DNA from: a virus
Strand: one strand, 5' to 3'
DNA: 64,000 nt
IMG/VR virus record: IMGVR_UViG_3300042332_000310
Location: 3,277-67,276 of that record
The notes beneath the pieces are model-generated. The model did no database searches, was not told the DNA's origin, and worked only from the letters and a program-made list of their open reading frames with translations. Shown one piece after another: positions 63,982 through 64,000 of the stretch. Each line of letters opens with the position of its first letter. Positions within the stretch are counted from its first letter, which is position 1. Both the position numbers and the translations under genes were made by a program.

Positions 63982-64000
63982 TGAAAACCCTTTGCACAAA

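Larger units (their letters stand above)
1..64000. mobile_element. Bacteroidota phage genome segment with crAss-like virion module
   Basis: Gene order terminase-portal-scaffold-capsid-ring proteins-muzzle-cargo-fibres; Bacteroidota TAnnTTTG promoters; A-rich leaders without Shine-Dalgarno; no host housekeeping genes. Confidence 0.92.

Noticed and set aside
1-64000. Stop-codon reassignment, as in some crAss-like phages
   Set aside because: Long genes are intact in the standard code, and the breaks around the muzzle gene are TAA stops followed by new ATGs

Overview
The whole window is part of an AT-rich, apparently lytic podovirus-type phage of Bacteroidota, with a crAss-like virion module. 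It starts mid-gene and ends in non-coding DNA. Two convergent arms meet at about 15.4-15.8 kb. The + arm (1-15.8 kb) holds small early genes, an M28-type peptidase, a stand-alone DnaA domain IV, ERF and RecE-like recombination genes, an SSB-like protein, a primase-helicase, nucleases and a metallophosphoesterase. The - arm (63.6 kb to 15.4 kb) holds a RepL-like protein, small basic proteins, a GroES-like protein, terminase, portal, scaffold, major capsid protein, ring and muzzle proteins, putative cargo proteins, three tail fibres and a GH19 lysis cassette. I found no DNA polymerase, virion RNA polymerase motif, integrase, tRNA or CRISPR array, and long ORFs read in the standard code. Best leads: (1) an 8-gene cell-envelope cassette (two CsgG-like proteins, cohesin-dockerin protein, T9SS-CTD-like lipoprotein, beta-barrel, membrane proteins) at 18.3-23.7 kb; (2) an apparently split muzzle gene whose N-terminal ~60 aa exists as two alternative ORFs, one fused to a Cys-rich repeat arm; (3) an array of six palindromes at 18.09-18.28 kb; (4) candidate structured RNAs at 7.2 kb and 8.4-8.66 kb; (5) two classes of Bacteroidota-type promoters, several implying leaderless mRNAs. 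All family calls come from motif recognition by eye; no database search was run.
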